A stretch of DNA of 64,000 nucleotides from the human T2T-CHM13v2.0 reference genome, Homo sapiens, in the NCBI RefSeq assembly GCF_009914755.1, contig NC_060928.1; one strand, written 5' to 3'. The notes beneath the pieces are model-generated. The model was given only the letters and a program-made list of their open reading frames with translations, searched no databases and was not told where the DNA came from. This document shows, in pieces, positions 1 through 18,893 of the stretch (positions are counted from its first letter, which is position 1; each line of letters opens with the position of its first letter). Position numbers and translations under genes: made by a program.

Positions 1-814
1 ATTGGGTTACTTCTGGCCAGTCTTATTTATTAATTAACTCTTTACTGCAGCCAAAGCCAAGACTGATTCGTTTATCAGAAGCCTTAAAGTTGTGTCTCTC
101 TACAGGGTTAGCAGAGCATTCACTGTTTCTTCTTGTTTGTTTTTTAATTGAAAACACAACATGAGTGACCTTCAAATGCACCTTTAATTTCCATTTAATC
201 ATCATATTACTCCTTCAACTTCTCTATTTTATTAAATATGTATAAAGTTCATTTAGAAGTCTTAAGGTTAGAGCCTGGAATGTGTTATAAATATGTATTC
301 CAAAGGACAAGACCATGGAATGTAAACAGAAATGGTAAATTCTGGTGTAACAACAGAATTTTTATTTAGTTTTTTACTTTTTCGTGCATTGGGTGGGGCA
401 AAAACATTATTTCAATCTTGATGCCAAACATTTTAAAAATGATAATTAATCTAGCTACCTCTTTACTCTGTAAACTACTGCCTGCCTGCCCTTCTAAATC
501 CATTGTTGTATTCCACTGGTCTAAAATCTATTACCTGGAAATGTTATAACACATATTAACATATAAAAAGCACTCTAAAAATCTGCAGTAAACTGTTTAG
601 TACAACATTTCCCAAACTTACCTATCCTTTTATTTGCAGTATTTATTAACATCCTAAGAGCACATTTTGGACTTGGGAACCTCCTCTCAATCATATTAGA
701 AATACTTTGGGTCAAGGGAAAAACTAAGTAAAAAAGGATAGAATGGATGAGTAAACTGTATTTTTGAACACTTTCAAGGAGCTTTTATTTGAAAAAATTA
801 ATGCGTGGGCTATT

Positions 815-2630
<1,816 letters not shown>

Positions 2631-3239
2631 GGCATTTGTTGAAAATATGTTGGCTTCCATTATGGTCATTCATTTTCTAAGAAGTCATACCATGTGGAGA
2701 ATATATAAATTGTAACAGCCGAGAGCTGTGTTAATGTTCACAGGCAGTACTGAAGAACTGTTCCCTTTCTGAACGCCTAGAAGATCTCCAAGCTTGGCTA
2801 CCATCTTCAGTAGTACTATTATTTTTTACTATGTATTCTTTAAAAACTAATGTCAATAGCCATACAAATTTGCCAACTAAAATCAAGCAACACAACAATA
2901 TTGAGTATTCTGTTGAGTCTTTCACAAAAATAATAGTTTTTTTTTTAAATGAGCACTTAATATGTGCCTTTTGTATGTAGGGTTCATCTCTTTCTAGAAA
3001 TTCAGAATTGAATCCAGATCTCCTGGCATTAACATGAGTTGTCTGTAATTGTCACACTAAATTTTTCCACTGTGTGCTCTGAAGTACAGCCTGGTACTCT
3101 TGAAGTTGGCTGGTTTCATAACTGCCCAGTTTCTGGCACAACAACAAGAGGCCCCGAGTATGTGTGTATTCTCTGTCACAAGAACTCTTGAATATCTTTC
3201 TAGTCTTGAGGTTTGCTGGATGCCTCTGCTTCCATGCAG

Positions 3240-3415
3240 ATGCTGTAAATGCCCTGAGGACAAGGCCTGTGTCTATCTTGTTCAGCTCTGTTTCTTTGAT
3301 ATACGGTAGGTCCTAAGTAAATGTTTGTAGGATGGGTGGAAAGATAGAAGGATGAATGAGAGAAAGGAAAGAAGGCTGGAAAGATGAATGGAAGGTAGGT
3401 GGGTGGAAGGAAGGA
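3240..3415 (+). mobile_element. L2 3' end with purine-rich tail
   Basis: gtaggtcctaagtaaatgtttg...gaatga resembles the L2 terminus. Confidence 0.5.
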
Positions 3416-3869
3416 AAAAAATAATTTTCATTTTGGTATTTCTCCCTTGCATTATTAGTAGTTATATTTTTACCATTCTTAAGTGGATGTATTTCTGAAG
3501 ATCTGGGTATTTGGGTATCCCAAGATTTGGGAAGATTTATAAAACAAGATCACACAAATATAGACCAGTTGGAAGGGGTTGGGGAGAGATATCATGAATA
3601 ATAGTAAAATCAGAATTATATAAAATCTAATTTTTTAATATTTCCAATCATCATAATTATCATCACAAATTAATAGCTTAAAATGTGCTTCTAAGAAGAT
3701 CTCTCTTCCCATAACTAGTGTTAATAAACAGATTTTAAGGTATTTATTTAAAGCAAAAACAAAAACAAAACCCACATTTGGCAAAAGACATAGAACTACA
3801 GAATCAAGAGGCTGATTAAACCCTATATGGGATAAACCCAAAGAAATTCATAAATATTGTATTGTGAGA

Positions 3870-4095
3870 TATATCATATGTCATGTCTGTATGATATTTC
3901 ATACACATATACAAATACACATATCACACACATATACATTTAAATAATCTTTCTATATTAATAAGTATATATACATAAATTATAAATCTCAAGATCCATA
4001 AAGCAGTTTTATAAATATATAAAATATTTTTATGTCTATGATGTGTTTATATATATGTATATATATGTTTGTGTGTAGACACACACATGTATATA
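3870..4095. repeat. AT/CA-rich low-complexity microsatellite region
   Basis: Degenerate (TA)n/(CA)n/(TG)n runs. Confidence 0.7.
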
Positions 4096-4244
4096 GTTCT
4101 GGAAAAAGAATAAGGAATACTCCATGTCACACCTACACATACTTTAATAAACCAAATGATAAAGAGAAGAAAGTACAAAAAACATAAATATTTTCATTAG
4201 AGAAAAATCAAAATCAGCATTTCATAGAAGTTTCATTTCATTTA

Positions 4245-4420
4245 ATACTTACGAACGTCTTATGAGATAATCATTATCACATTTATTTCACCAGTGAGGA
4301 AACTGAGATTTAGAAAAAGTAAGGGATTTACCTAAGGTCATGAAGTCAGCAGATATCGGAGATGAAATTAGATCTCAGGTCTTCTTCCCATCTCCAAGCA
4401 TCTGCTATTTTTATCACACT
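4245..4420 (-). mobile_element. MIR
   Basis: Core gaggaaactgag...tacctaaggtca. Confidence 0.7.
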
Positions 4421-5124
4421 AAACCATGTTATCCAGGCAAATAATACAATTTTAAATGTGGAAAAGTATTTGAAATTTTCCAATGGCTTCTGCACATGTT
4501 CATTCTTCAAAGTGATCCTGCACATTTGGAAGGGTAGACATTATTCATTCTACTTTACACTTAATGGAACTGAAACAGCAAAACATAAATGACTTGCCCA
4601 AGGTCAACTGATACATCAGGGCCAAAAGCCAAATCTCCAATTTCCTGAGCTGGAGTTATTTTTCACATCACATTCCTCCTAGTGAAGCTATAAAACAACA
4701 ATGTCATTGCATCCCTAGGAGTTGTCAGAGGAAAATCTCACCAGCTCGGGAAGTGGCATTGGGCAGGAAAGGGGTGGGGGTGACACGGCTGTGACACAGA
4801 ACTAACTGGAGTCCTGGAGGGGAGGGAAACCCTTCCTTCAGGTGAGGCAATAAGCCACATCCTTGACTATTTGTGTGAACATTTAGAAGAGTTCCCCTGG
4901 TACCTTCCACAAGAATTTGTCTTTGGCCTATACTTGTCATTTTTGGTTACAGCAAAATATTTTTCTGAGAATTTTAATTAGATACCCTTTCCTTGACTTC
5001 TTGACCTGCCAGTGTTCTTCAGCCCTGCACACTTTTAGATGCTTCCCTATATCCTGGAAGATGCAGTCTTTTCAGGATATTGTTACTATTCAGAGTAGTA
5101 AAAGTCAAACAATGATAATAACAA

Positions 5125-5360
5125 CAGAAGGATAAAATGAATAGAGGGCTTACTCTATACCTTGCATTACATCAAGTTCTTTACACGGATTACCTCATTG
5201 AATCATCAAAACACACTGTGAGGTAGGTATCATTATCATCCCCATTTTGCAAAATTAGGAAACTGAGGCATAGAGAAGCTACGTAGTTTACATAAGCCAA
5301 ACAACTTGCAAGTAGCAGAACCAACAATTGGCTCCAGAGACTCAAACCTTAACTCTGCTG
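5125..5360 (-). mobile_element. MIR
   Basis: gaggtaggtatcattatcatccccattttgc...ggaaactgaggcatagaga. Confidence 0.75.
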
Positions 5361-5439
5361 TATGTGATATCATTGATTACCCAACAGTTGCATTTTTATT
5401 GACCCCTATTAGGTAAAACGACTACTAGTATTACTAACA

Positions 5440-5650
5440 CTAATAATCATAGTTAACATTGATTGAACACGCATTGTGTATCAAGCACTGGGCTAAGGCC
5501 TTACACTTACAATTCCATTTAATCTTTGTCAACAATTCTATGAGGCAGATATTATCAATATTACAGTCAATTAGCACAGAAAGATTAGGTAACTTATTCA
5601 AGGTCACACAGTAAACAATTGGTTTGAATTCAGGAAGTCTAACTATAGTA
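5440..5650 (-). mobile_element. MIR
   Basis: caacaattctatgaggcag...ggtaacttattcaaggtcacacag. Confidence 0.7.
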
Positions 5651-5764
5651 TTAGCATAATTTTTTAATTTAAATTTTAAAAGGAGAATCTGTGGCCTATT
5701 CATAGAATTAAGCTTACTCATCCAAATGTCATTTGAACATTTGTTTTAAGAGTGTAGTGATCTA

Positions 5765-5986
5765 CAGTGAGAACACATGGACACATGGTGGGGAACAACA
5801 CACACTGTTGGGAGGAGGGAGAGCTTCAGGAAGAATAGCTAGTGAGTGCTGGACTTAACACCTGGGTGATGGGATGATCTGTGCAGCAAACCACCATGGT
5901 ACACGTTTACCAATGTAACAAACCTGTACATCCTGCACATGTACCCCAGAACTTAAAAGTTGAAGAAAAAATAAATAAAAATAGAG
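5765..5986 (+). mobile_element. L1PA 3'-end fragment (older L1PA)
   Basis: gagaacacatggacac...gcagcaaaccaccatgg...cacatgtaccccagaacttaaaa followed by A tail. Confidence 0.88.
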
Positions 5987-6110
5987 GGCCAGGAGGTGGC
6001 TTACACCTGTAATCCCCAGCACTTTGGGAGGCCAAGGCAGGAGGATTACTTGAGGCCGGGAGTTTGAGACCAGCCTGGAAAACAAAACAAGACTTGTCTC
6101 CACAAAAAAA
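5987..6110 (+). mobile_element. Alu left monomer (FLAM/AluJ)
   Basis: ggccaggaggtggcttacacctgtaatcccc...gagaccagcctgg. Confidence 0.85.
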
Positions 6111-6214
6111 ACAGGAAGAAAGAAAGAAAGAAGGAAAGGAGAGAAAGAAAGGAAGAAAGAAAAAGAAAGAGAGGGGGGGAGGAAGGAAGGAAGGAAGGGA
6201 AGGAAGGAAGGAAA
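6111..6214 (+). repeat. (GAAA)/(GGAA) polypurine repeat
   Basis: Direct reading. Confidence 0.9.
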
Positions 6215-6268
6215 TTAAAAAAAATTTTTTTTCACCTGGTTAGATAGATGGAAAAAATAATAATAGAA

Positions 6269-6415
6269 TTTTTTTTTTGAGACAGTGTCTCTCTCTGTCA
6301 CCCAGGCTGAAGTACAGTGGTGCAGTCTTGGCTCACTGCAACCTCCACCTCCTGGGTTCAAGTGATTCTTGTGCCTGAGAAGCTGGGATCACAGATGTGC
6401 ACCACCATGCCTGGC
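6269..6415 (-). mobile_element. Alu right-arm fragment
   Basis: Poly-T, gagacag...cccaggctg...cactgcaacctcc. Confidence 0.85.
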
Positions 6416-7916
6416 AAAAAGAAACAAACAAACAAAACAAACAGCATAGTGTTCTAACCAGCTAAGTGAACTAGTTCTTAACAAAATCCTGAAGACATAT
6501 TTAATAGCAATCACTTACAAAACATTTCAACAGAAAAGTTTCAGTGTTCCATAGGTGGTAGAGCTCCAAGACCTCTGCAAAGTACCCACTGACAGCAAAT
6601 ATTTCAAATCTCCCCACGGACCCATCCTATCCCACATCATAATTTGCTTTTTACTTAAATGTAGTAGAGCATCATCTCTTCTACTCAAAAGTAAAAGAAA
6701 ATAATCTGAACATTTCATAAGCTATTACAGCTAAGGTATTAAACTTGCCTAAAGGAGTAACAAACAAAAATAGGCTTTCAACTGTGTTTGAGTATTAAGA
6801 TTCTTAGAGCCTGGACCTTAATATTCCTATACTTGTAAAGAAAGCAAGAGAAATACATAAATGTATCAGTAGTTTTCTTTTGCTCTATGAAGGTGGGAGA
6901 CTTTCTCTTTGTGGAAACGATGAATTTGGCACAAAACTGAATGAGTCATTTGATTAAGCACAAGTGAACGCCAAGCCTTCTGCTGGAGAAAGAGGTTGGG
7001 GGATGAGGAGCAACCAGCTCCAAGTCTTCATGTAGAAAGTAGTGTTTGGTGGGAGCTCTGCAACTCAGCAATCATTAAGATGAGGTCAAGGATGGTAACT
7101 CAGGGGTGGGCATAGACTGGCATATCCCCTTGAGAGTGGGGAACCTGCAATCCAGCGATAGAGAGAGGCACACCCATCTGGAATGGTACCTGGCCTGCCA
7201 CCCTCAAGGAGCCTAGAAATAGTTGGCCTCTATGGAGGTGGGAGGCCGGCAGATGTTATAAATATCTTGAATTTGTATCTACTGATATTATGTGTGGAGT
7301 TTCATGGTTTTCTCTCCTTACTGCATTATAATTTCCCTCTGTAATTTGTGAGCCTTCTGAAACGTTTTTCTAAAAAGAACTTAGGGGCTCTTGTCCACAT
7401 TTGAGGAAATCTGCAAGGGAGGAAGGAAAGACTGAAAAGTTGGTGATCTGATAGTAAGAGAATGAGTATGCGTATGGGAAGTGGCCAAGGAAACCAACAA
7501 CAGTCAGAGCAGAAATACCAAGAATAAAAGAATCTGATAAAATTACCAGATTCCCATAGTCATGTTTGATGGGAGCCTGGACTATTTGAGTATTAAACAG
7601 GAGGCTCCTGGAGGCATCTTGAGTAGATTTACTTATTTTTTTCCTACCTTAAAAGATTCCAAATTATTTTTATTATGAACAAATAGTCACTAAGGACTCC
7701 ACTATCTACACATAGTTGTCTTGGGAAGAATAGGATATAAAGAAACTAGGAAGTGCTTGTGGCTCACAGTTAAAAAGCCTTGGAATTCTATCCAAGTTTT
7801 GTCCTTCATTTAGCTACTCTGAACCTCGGTTTCATCAACAGCATGAGACCAATCATACCAAGCTTTGTATTGCTGCTAGGATGAAATCAAGTAACGTATA
7901 TTAAGTGATGGAGGAT

Positions 7917-8611
<695 letters not shown>

Positions 8612-10019
8612 AGGATTTTAACAGTAGAAATGAAAAGCAAATCTAAACAAATAACAAAAAATAAATATTCCTTACAATCATTTATTCAATTTTATGACAA
8701 GTCCATTAACATGATTGTACACAGTACATCATCAGAGGCAATAATGGGAAATATGTGCAGGCCCACATCTTTCCAAAATGCATATTCTGTATTATCTGAA
8801 TATTTCCTAGCAGACGCTAGAAAAAATAAATGCTCCTCCCCAAAGCAAAGAGTGGTCAAGTGTCCATTTCTTCTTGGTTCTACTATTGCAAGAGGAAGAA
8901 TTGTTTTCTTTTAGGAAAAAAAAAATTAGCTTCCTTCAAAGGCATTAAAGAAAAAGGGAAAATAAGGTGGCCACAAATCTTATTCTGGTAAAGTGCACCT
9001 GCTTAGGTATCTTATGTAAGTCTTATTTTTTACACTCTTTCTTTACCTGAACTCCCCAATACCTACACACACACAAAAAGAACATGTCTCTCTTCCATTG
9101 ACACACACAAAAAAACTTTACTCACAAAAGAAGCAGAATTGTATCTTTTTTTTTTTTAAGTAAATTGATCTCTGCAAGCCATCACTTCATTGTGCCAGGA
9201 ACTGGGTTTTAAACCCTATCTTCTCATCTAGGAATTGATTTGTGTTTAAAGGAAAAATAAAGCAGGAACAGGGACATTTCCTTTTTCACGCTCATTTGAA
9301 AAAAACAAAAACAAAAAACTAATGGTGAGGTTCTGCCTGGCCTAAATGCTTTCCAAAGGAGACAGTAAGCTCCCACACAAAAAAACTAATAACTTAAAAT
9401 TTCCCCCTCTCTTGTCCTCATTTGGGCTTAAAATATTACCAAGTATTAATTTTAGTGTTCTGCCTGGCTATTAAATCACAAACCACACTGGCTGGTGAGA
9501 AACGAAGAAAGAAAAGAACCATTATTCACAGGCAAACCAGACAGTCCCACAAATAGCTCTATAAAAGTAAACTAAGTTATAATTTCTCTCTCCCTCATGA
9601 GTCAGAAGAGAAGGGTTCTAACTATCCAACTATGCAAGTTTGGGGTGGGAATTTTTAATTGGACAAGCAAACAATTTACTTAGAGATAAGAGATTAGCAG
9701 AGAAAGTATGATCGGGTTGGTAAAGATTTGCCTACATTTTCTCTTCTGATAAGACGGCGATACAGAGGCCAGAGAGCCTGAGACCCGATCAGACTTCCAG
9801 ATGTGTTTCCTGCCACACGTGACTGCACAGCACAGACGGTTACACTGTCATTCTACCATGTCACCGTGCCTTTCTTTCTGCCTTGTCCAACCCGTTTCTC
9901 TCCACCTGCTGTCTATGACTTCTCCTTTCTTCCCTCAAAAATTCTCCACTCTCACCCTCCATTAGGCATCTCCCTCTCCAAATCTCTCAAAATATTGCCC
10001 ATTTCTATTGTATGGTCTA

Positions 10020-10185
10020 CCCTCATTTGTCTTTCTTAGTGTTCGCTGGGCACATCTTCCAACTAGACTTTCGTAAGGTCTGTGAGAATGATGAACTTGT
10101 CCTTTCTTATCTTTCAGTTCTCTCATGTGCTTTGAACATGAAATAAGTACACTACGTTTGCTAAATGTTTTCTAATTGATGTTCT
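10020..10185 (+). mobile_element. L2 3' end
   Basis: actagact...gtaaggtctgtgag...aaatgttttctaattga. Confidence 0.5.
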
Positions 10186-12399
10186 TTTGTTAGTACATCC
10201 TTTTATTTCCACCCCTCTCCCCATACACCATGGAATAAAGCCAAGAATAAAGCTGGAGTGAGGGAGATGAAATGTGAAGTTGCGTGTAGCAGGTGGAGGA
10301 AGGAGGGAAGGAGGAAAGCTCGGGGGAGAGGAACAAGGATACATGAAGACAGAAATGTACAGTCAGACTTCCCTGAACTTGAGCCCAAGAGGCAAAGAGA
10401 TAGAAAACCCAGATAAATTTCATGACAGGGTTGGGCATTTCCTAGAGCAGAAGGAATAATTGCCTGGCTTTCCGGGGAACAGTCAAGAAGAGATCAAGCT
10501 TCACAAGGAAACATAACATCCAAAAAGATGCTCCCCAGGATATAACAGAGACACAGTAGTGTGCTGTGATTAGGCAGACAGACAGTCAGATTAGCACTTG
10601 TTCTCCTCTCTAAGCTCTGAAGTGCGAGAGAGAAATCCGGAAACTCCAATGTGCCCCAGAGTAGGCACAGAAGAGAGCTGACCAGAGGGGTGGAAATCTT
10701 GCTGAGGGACAGCCATGGTGAATGACGTCATAAAGCAGGCAGGCTGGATTAAGGCTGCATGGATGACATGGCAGAGATGTGAGGGGCCTACAATGCCAGC
10801 AACCCCAGGTAGGGTTAAGGCAGCAGAGGAGAACCACTGGGCCCGACCCAACCGGGAGAATAGGTAACAAATTCACCAGCTGCAGATTTTGTCAGAGGTC
10901 AACAGGGCATTCAGCATCCACCAGAGGCCCCAGCAGAGAGTACAAGAGCAAAGGAATTTTCTTCTTGCTTTAACTAAGCAAGTTAGTGCTATAGTCAAGT
11001 TTAATTGATGTCTGCAGGAGGAATCACCAAAAAGGAGTAAAACTTGTTTCCAGTTACCAGTACAGAGATTCCCAATTAAAAAAGATATGGGCAGTACAAG
11101 GGCCCCACAAACTTTCAGTCCATGTACCAAATGAAGACAGAATTCACTCCAAGAGGCCACATACACCAGATCCAATCAGGGTCAATTTAAGTTCATCATA
11201 ATGCCACGTTTTGTTGTCACTTGTTTTCTGACCCAACACTTTGCCTAACTTGTACTAACCTGCTCAGGGAAATTGTATCATATTCTCAGAGGTGGAAAGG
11301 TCTTGTATAAACAGAAATAAGTATTTACGGAAAAGAGTTATAAACTGAGAGTACAACAGGTTCAAGGCTATGGCTTTTGCAGGCTGGAAAAAGTAGTCAT
11401 ACGTAGGTGAGTGTGTTCTCCCCCACCTTAAAGTAGGGCCCTCTTTATCCTTCCACCAAACCAAACAAAAACACACAGACAACAATTACTCTTTCAAGCA
11501 TTAGCTCCCAAAAGGCAAATTTGGATGACAATTTCATGGGTGACAGAAACACATATGCCACACAGAAAATAAAACAATAATAATAAAACACACTAAACAT
11601 TTCTATTTTCTTTCAAATTCCCTGTCAGATGCCAAGTTCATATTTCTTCTCCTGGCTCAATCCTTCTCCAAGATAGTCTTCAAAATCTCGTCTAGCAAAG
11701 TTCACATCTGTCCCTAAATTTGCAAACCACATTAGGAAAATAAAATCCTAAATTCTAAAATGAACCCAGTGGTAATTGAGCAAACATCTCTTCCTCTTTC
11801 TCTTCCTCATGCCTCCACCCTAAGCAGAAGTCTCCATCCAAAAATAGTGGATTTATTCACAGGGGTACCTAATAAAAGTACATTAGATGCTGCCTATATA
11901 TTTATAATTGTGTCACATGCATGTAGTTGCAGAAATCTGGTTTATAACTTAGGTGTGGAATTTAAAACTAGTAAAGCGATTGTATGTTCTCATGTGCCTC
12001 ACTTTGTCTCCTGTCTAATGAGACATGAGACATAATGTTGCATAGATTCTCAATGCTCAGGCATATGCACTCATGTTAATATGCACTTTATTTTAATGCC
12101 ATACTGAAAGACTAGGCACAATCATAGATGCTCAAGTATCACTGATATTGTAGGCCCTCTTCCAGCTACAACCTTGATTGTTTTCATACACACATTCTTT
12201 CCATCCACATCACATTTTCATTTTTCTCCATTTTTTAAATACGTCACGATTTTTAAAATGTGATCCTGTACCTAGCAGTGGCTTATTCTCTTATAGGTCT
12301 CCAAATCAGAGACAGGGAGATGAAATAGCTTAGGTAATTTATGAGTATTCCCATCATTTTCTAATGTGAGATATTCTTAAAAGTGTCTGGCTTTTGCCC

Positions 12400-12930
12400 T
12401 CAAATAAAGCTAAATTGGAATATCAGTTCTGCCACTTGTTAGTTTATTGATCTTGGATGAGTAAGAATCTCTCTGAGCCACAGTAAAATAATTAATAAAG
12501 CTTGTTATTACTTGTAAGAACAACATAACAATTGAGTGCCTACCATAACATTTGTGTGAAGATTTAATGAGATGATAAATTTAAGTTTCTCAGCCAGTAC
12601 CTGGCACATAGCAAGCCAGTATGTATAAACTGTCATAAGGCAGGTGCTGGGCTAAAACTTTAATGTCTGTTATTGAATTTAATCCAGACAATACCCCTAG
12701 GACCTGCATACTTTACTGTCTCCATTTTAGCCAATGAGGAAACTGAGGGCTAAAAAGGTTAAATCACTTGCCTAGGATCACACAGTTGAAAATAATGAAG
12801 GGCCAAGTCTGTGTAACTCCTTATCTGTGAGATGGGCATAATAATTCTTTCCCTACAGTACTGTTCTCAGGATTAAATGAGCTAATACTGTAACATGTAA
12901 CATGTAACAGTCACTCAGTACGTTTTCATT
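12400..12930. mobile_element. Cluster of MIR fragments (+/-/+)
   Basis: ctctctgagcc; gaggaaactgagg...cttgcctaggatcacacag; atctgtgagatggg...ggattaaatgag. Confidence 0.65.
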
Positions 12931-13038
12931 TCCTTCCTGTTCTGCCCATGTGTAACTCCTGACTTACAATTTATCCCATCAAATTAAAAATTATTAATAA
13001 CTAAGATCAGAGCAGAATTGAAGGAGATAGAGATATAA

Positions 13039-13260
<222 letters not shown>

Positions 13261-13305
13261 TAAATGGATAAATTCCTGGACACATACAACCTCCCAAAAC
13301 TAAAC

Positions 13306-14356
13306 TGTCGGGGGAACCCACCCCCGATAATTCAACGTTATTTCACGTAGGTTCTTTTCTATTTCCCTAAGTGTCTGCTGGTCTGAGAAATAAAGGCAAA
13401 GAGCACAAAAGAGAGAAATTGTAAAGCTGGGTGTCCAGGGGAGACATTACGTGTCGGCAGGTTCCGTGATGCCCCCCAAGCCACAAAACCAACAAGTTTT
13501 TAATAGTGATTTTCAAAGGGGAGGGAGTGTACAAATAGGGTGTTGGGTCACAGAGATCACATGCTTCAGAAGGTAATAAAATATTACAAGGCAAATGGAG
13601 GCAGGGTGAGGTCACAGGACCCGGGTGAAATTAAAATTACTAATGAAGTTTCGGGCACGCATTGTCATTGATAACATCTTATCAGGAGACAGGGTTTGAG
13701 AGCGGACAACCGGTCTCACCAAAGTTTATTAGGCAGGAATTTCCTCGTCCTAATAAGCCTGGGAGCGCTATGGGAGACCAGGGCTTATTTCTTCCCTTAC
13801 CTACAACCGTAAAAGACAGACATTCCCAGAGCAGCCATTTCAGAGACCTTCCCCTAGGAAGGCATTCTCTTTGCTGAAAAAAAGAATTCAGCGATATTTC
13901 TCCTATTTGCTTTTGAAAGAAGAGAAATATGGTTCTGTTCTGCCCAGCTCTCAGGAAGCCAGACCTAATGGTTATCGCCCTTGTTCCCTGAACATCGCTG
14001 TTATCCTGTTCTTTTTTCAAGGTGCCCAGATTTCATATTGTTTAAACAATTTGTGCAGTTAACGCAATCATCACAGGGTCCTGAAGTGACATACATCCTC
14101 AGCTTACAAAGATGACGGGATTAAGAGATTAAAGACAGGCATAGGAAATCACAAGAGTATTGACTGGGGAAGTGATAAATGTCCATAAACTCTTCACAAT
14201 TTATGTTCGGGAGATTGCAGTAAAGACAGGCATAAGAAATTATAAAAGTATTAATTTGGGGGAACTAATAAATGTCCATGAAATCTTCACAATTTATGTT
14301 CTTCTGCCATGGCTTCAGCCAGTCCCTCCATTCGGGGTCACTGACTTCCCGCAACA
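13306..14356 (-). mobile_element. MER11 solo LTR (HERV-K11/HML-8)
   Basis: Minus strand begins tgttgcgggaagtcag; 1051 bp; internal tandem repeats 14130-14300; 6-bp TSD CTAAAC at 13300-13305 and 14357-14362. Confidence 0.9.
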
Positions 14357-14395
14357 CTAAACCAGGAAGAAGTCAATAACAAGAATTATTATTTT

Positions 14396-14612
14396 ACACC
14401 CAGCTTTACAATTTCTCTCTTTTGTGCTCTTTGCCTTTATTTCTCAGACCGGCAGACGCTTAGGGAAATAGAAAAGAACCTACGTGAAATAATGTTGAAT
14501 TATCGGGGGTGGGTTCCCCCGATAGTTTAGTTTTGGGAGGTTGTATGTGTCCAGGAATTTATCCATTTCTTCTAGATTTTCTAGTTCATTTGCATAGAGG
14601 TGTTTATAGTAT
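14396..14612 (-). repeat. 217-bp inverted duplication of 13218-13434 (L1/MER11 junction)
   Basis: Manual alignment: reverse complement matches with 5 substitutions and no indels. Confidence 0.95.
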
Positions 14613-15419
14613 AGAATAAATCTTGTTATTGAATAGATCAATAACAAGTTCTGAAATTGAGGCAGTAATTAATAGCCTACCAACCATAAAAAGCACAGGA
14701 CCAGATGGATTCACAGCTGAATTCTACCAGTGGTATAAAGAGCTGGTACCATTCCTCCTGAAATGATTCCAAACAATTGAAAAGGAAGGACTCCTCCCTA
14801 ACTCATTTTATGAAGCCAGCATCATCCTGATACCAAAACCTACCAGAGACACAATAAAAAAAGAAAACTTAAGGCCAATATCCCTGATGAATATTGATGT
14901 GAAAATCCTCAATACAATACTGGCAAACCAAATCCAGCAGCACATTAAAAAACTTATCCACCACAATCAAGTCAGCTGCATCCCTAGGATACAAAGCTGG
15001 TTCAATATATGCAAATCAATAAATGTAATCCATCACATAAACAGAAGCAAAGACAAAAACCACATGATTTTCTCAATAGATGCAGAAAAGGCCTTTGATA
15101 AAATTCAACATCTCTTCAGGTTAAAAACTTTCAATAAACTAGGTATTGATGGAACATATCTCAAAATAATAAGAACTATCTATGACAAACCCACAGCCAA
15201 TATCATATTTAATTGGCAAAAGCTGGAAGCATTCCCTTTGAAAACTGGTACAAGACACAGATGCCCTCTCTCACCACTCCTATTCAACATAGTATTGGAA
15301 GTTCTGGCCAGGGCAATCAGGCAAGATAAATAAAGAGTATTCAAATAGGAAGAGAGGAAGTGAAACTGTCTCTGTTTGCAGATGACATGATCCTATATTT
15401 AGAAAACCCCACCATCTGA

Positions 15420-15536
<117 letters not shown>

Positions 15537-16172
15537 TGAACAAACTCCTATTCACAATCACTACCAAGAAAATAAAATACCTAAGAATACAGCTAAGATG
15601 GGATGTGAAGGACCTCTTCAAGGAGAAACATGAACCACTGCTCAATAAAATAAGAGTGAACACAAACAAATGGAAAAACATTCCATCCTCATGGATAGGA
15701 AGAATGAATATTGTGAAAATGACCATGCTGCCCAAAGTAATTTATAGATTTGGTGCTATTCCCATCAAACTACCACTGACATTCTTCACAGAATTAGAAA
15801 AGAATTACTTTAAATTTCATTTGGAATCAAAGAAGGTCATGTATAGCCAAGACAATCCTAACCAAAAAGAACAAAGCTGGAGACATCATGCTACCTGACT
15901 TCAAACTATACTACAATAATGCAGTAACCAAAACAGTGTGGTACTGGCACCAAAACAGACAAAGACCAATAGAATGGAGCAGAGACATCAGAAATAATGC
16001 CACACATCTACAACCATCTGATCTTCAACAAACCTGACAAAAACAAGCAACAGGGAAACGATCTCCTATTCAATAAATGATGCTGGGAAAACTGGCTAGG
16101 CATATGCAGAAAACTGAAACTGGACCCCTTCCTTACACCTTATACAAAAATTAACTCAAGATGGATTAAAGA

Positions 16173-18893
<2,721 letters not shown>

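Noticed and set aside
12981-12998. Possible TSD for the large L1PA
   Set aside because: Only a loose AT-rich match to ~19890-19909; cannot be delimited
14130-14300. Tandem repeats inside MER11
   Set aside because: Intrinsic to the MER11 LTR
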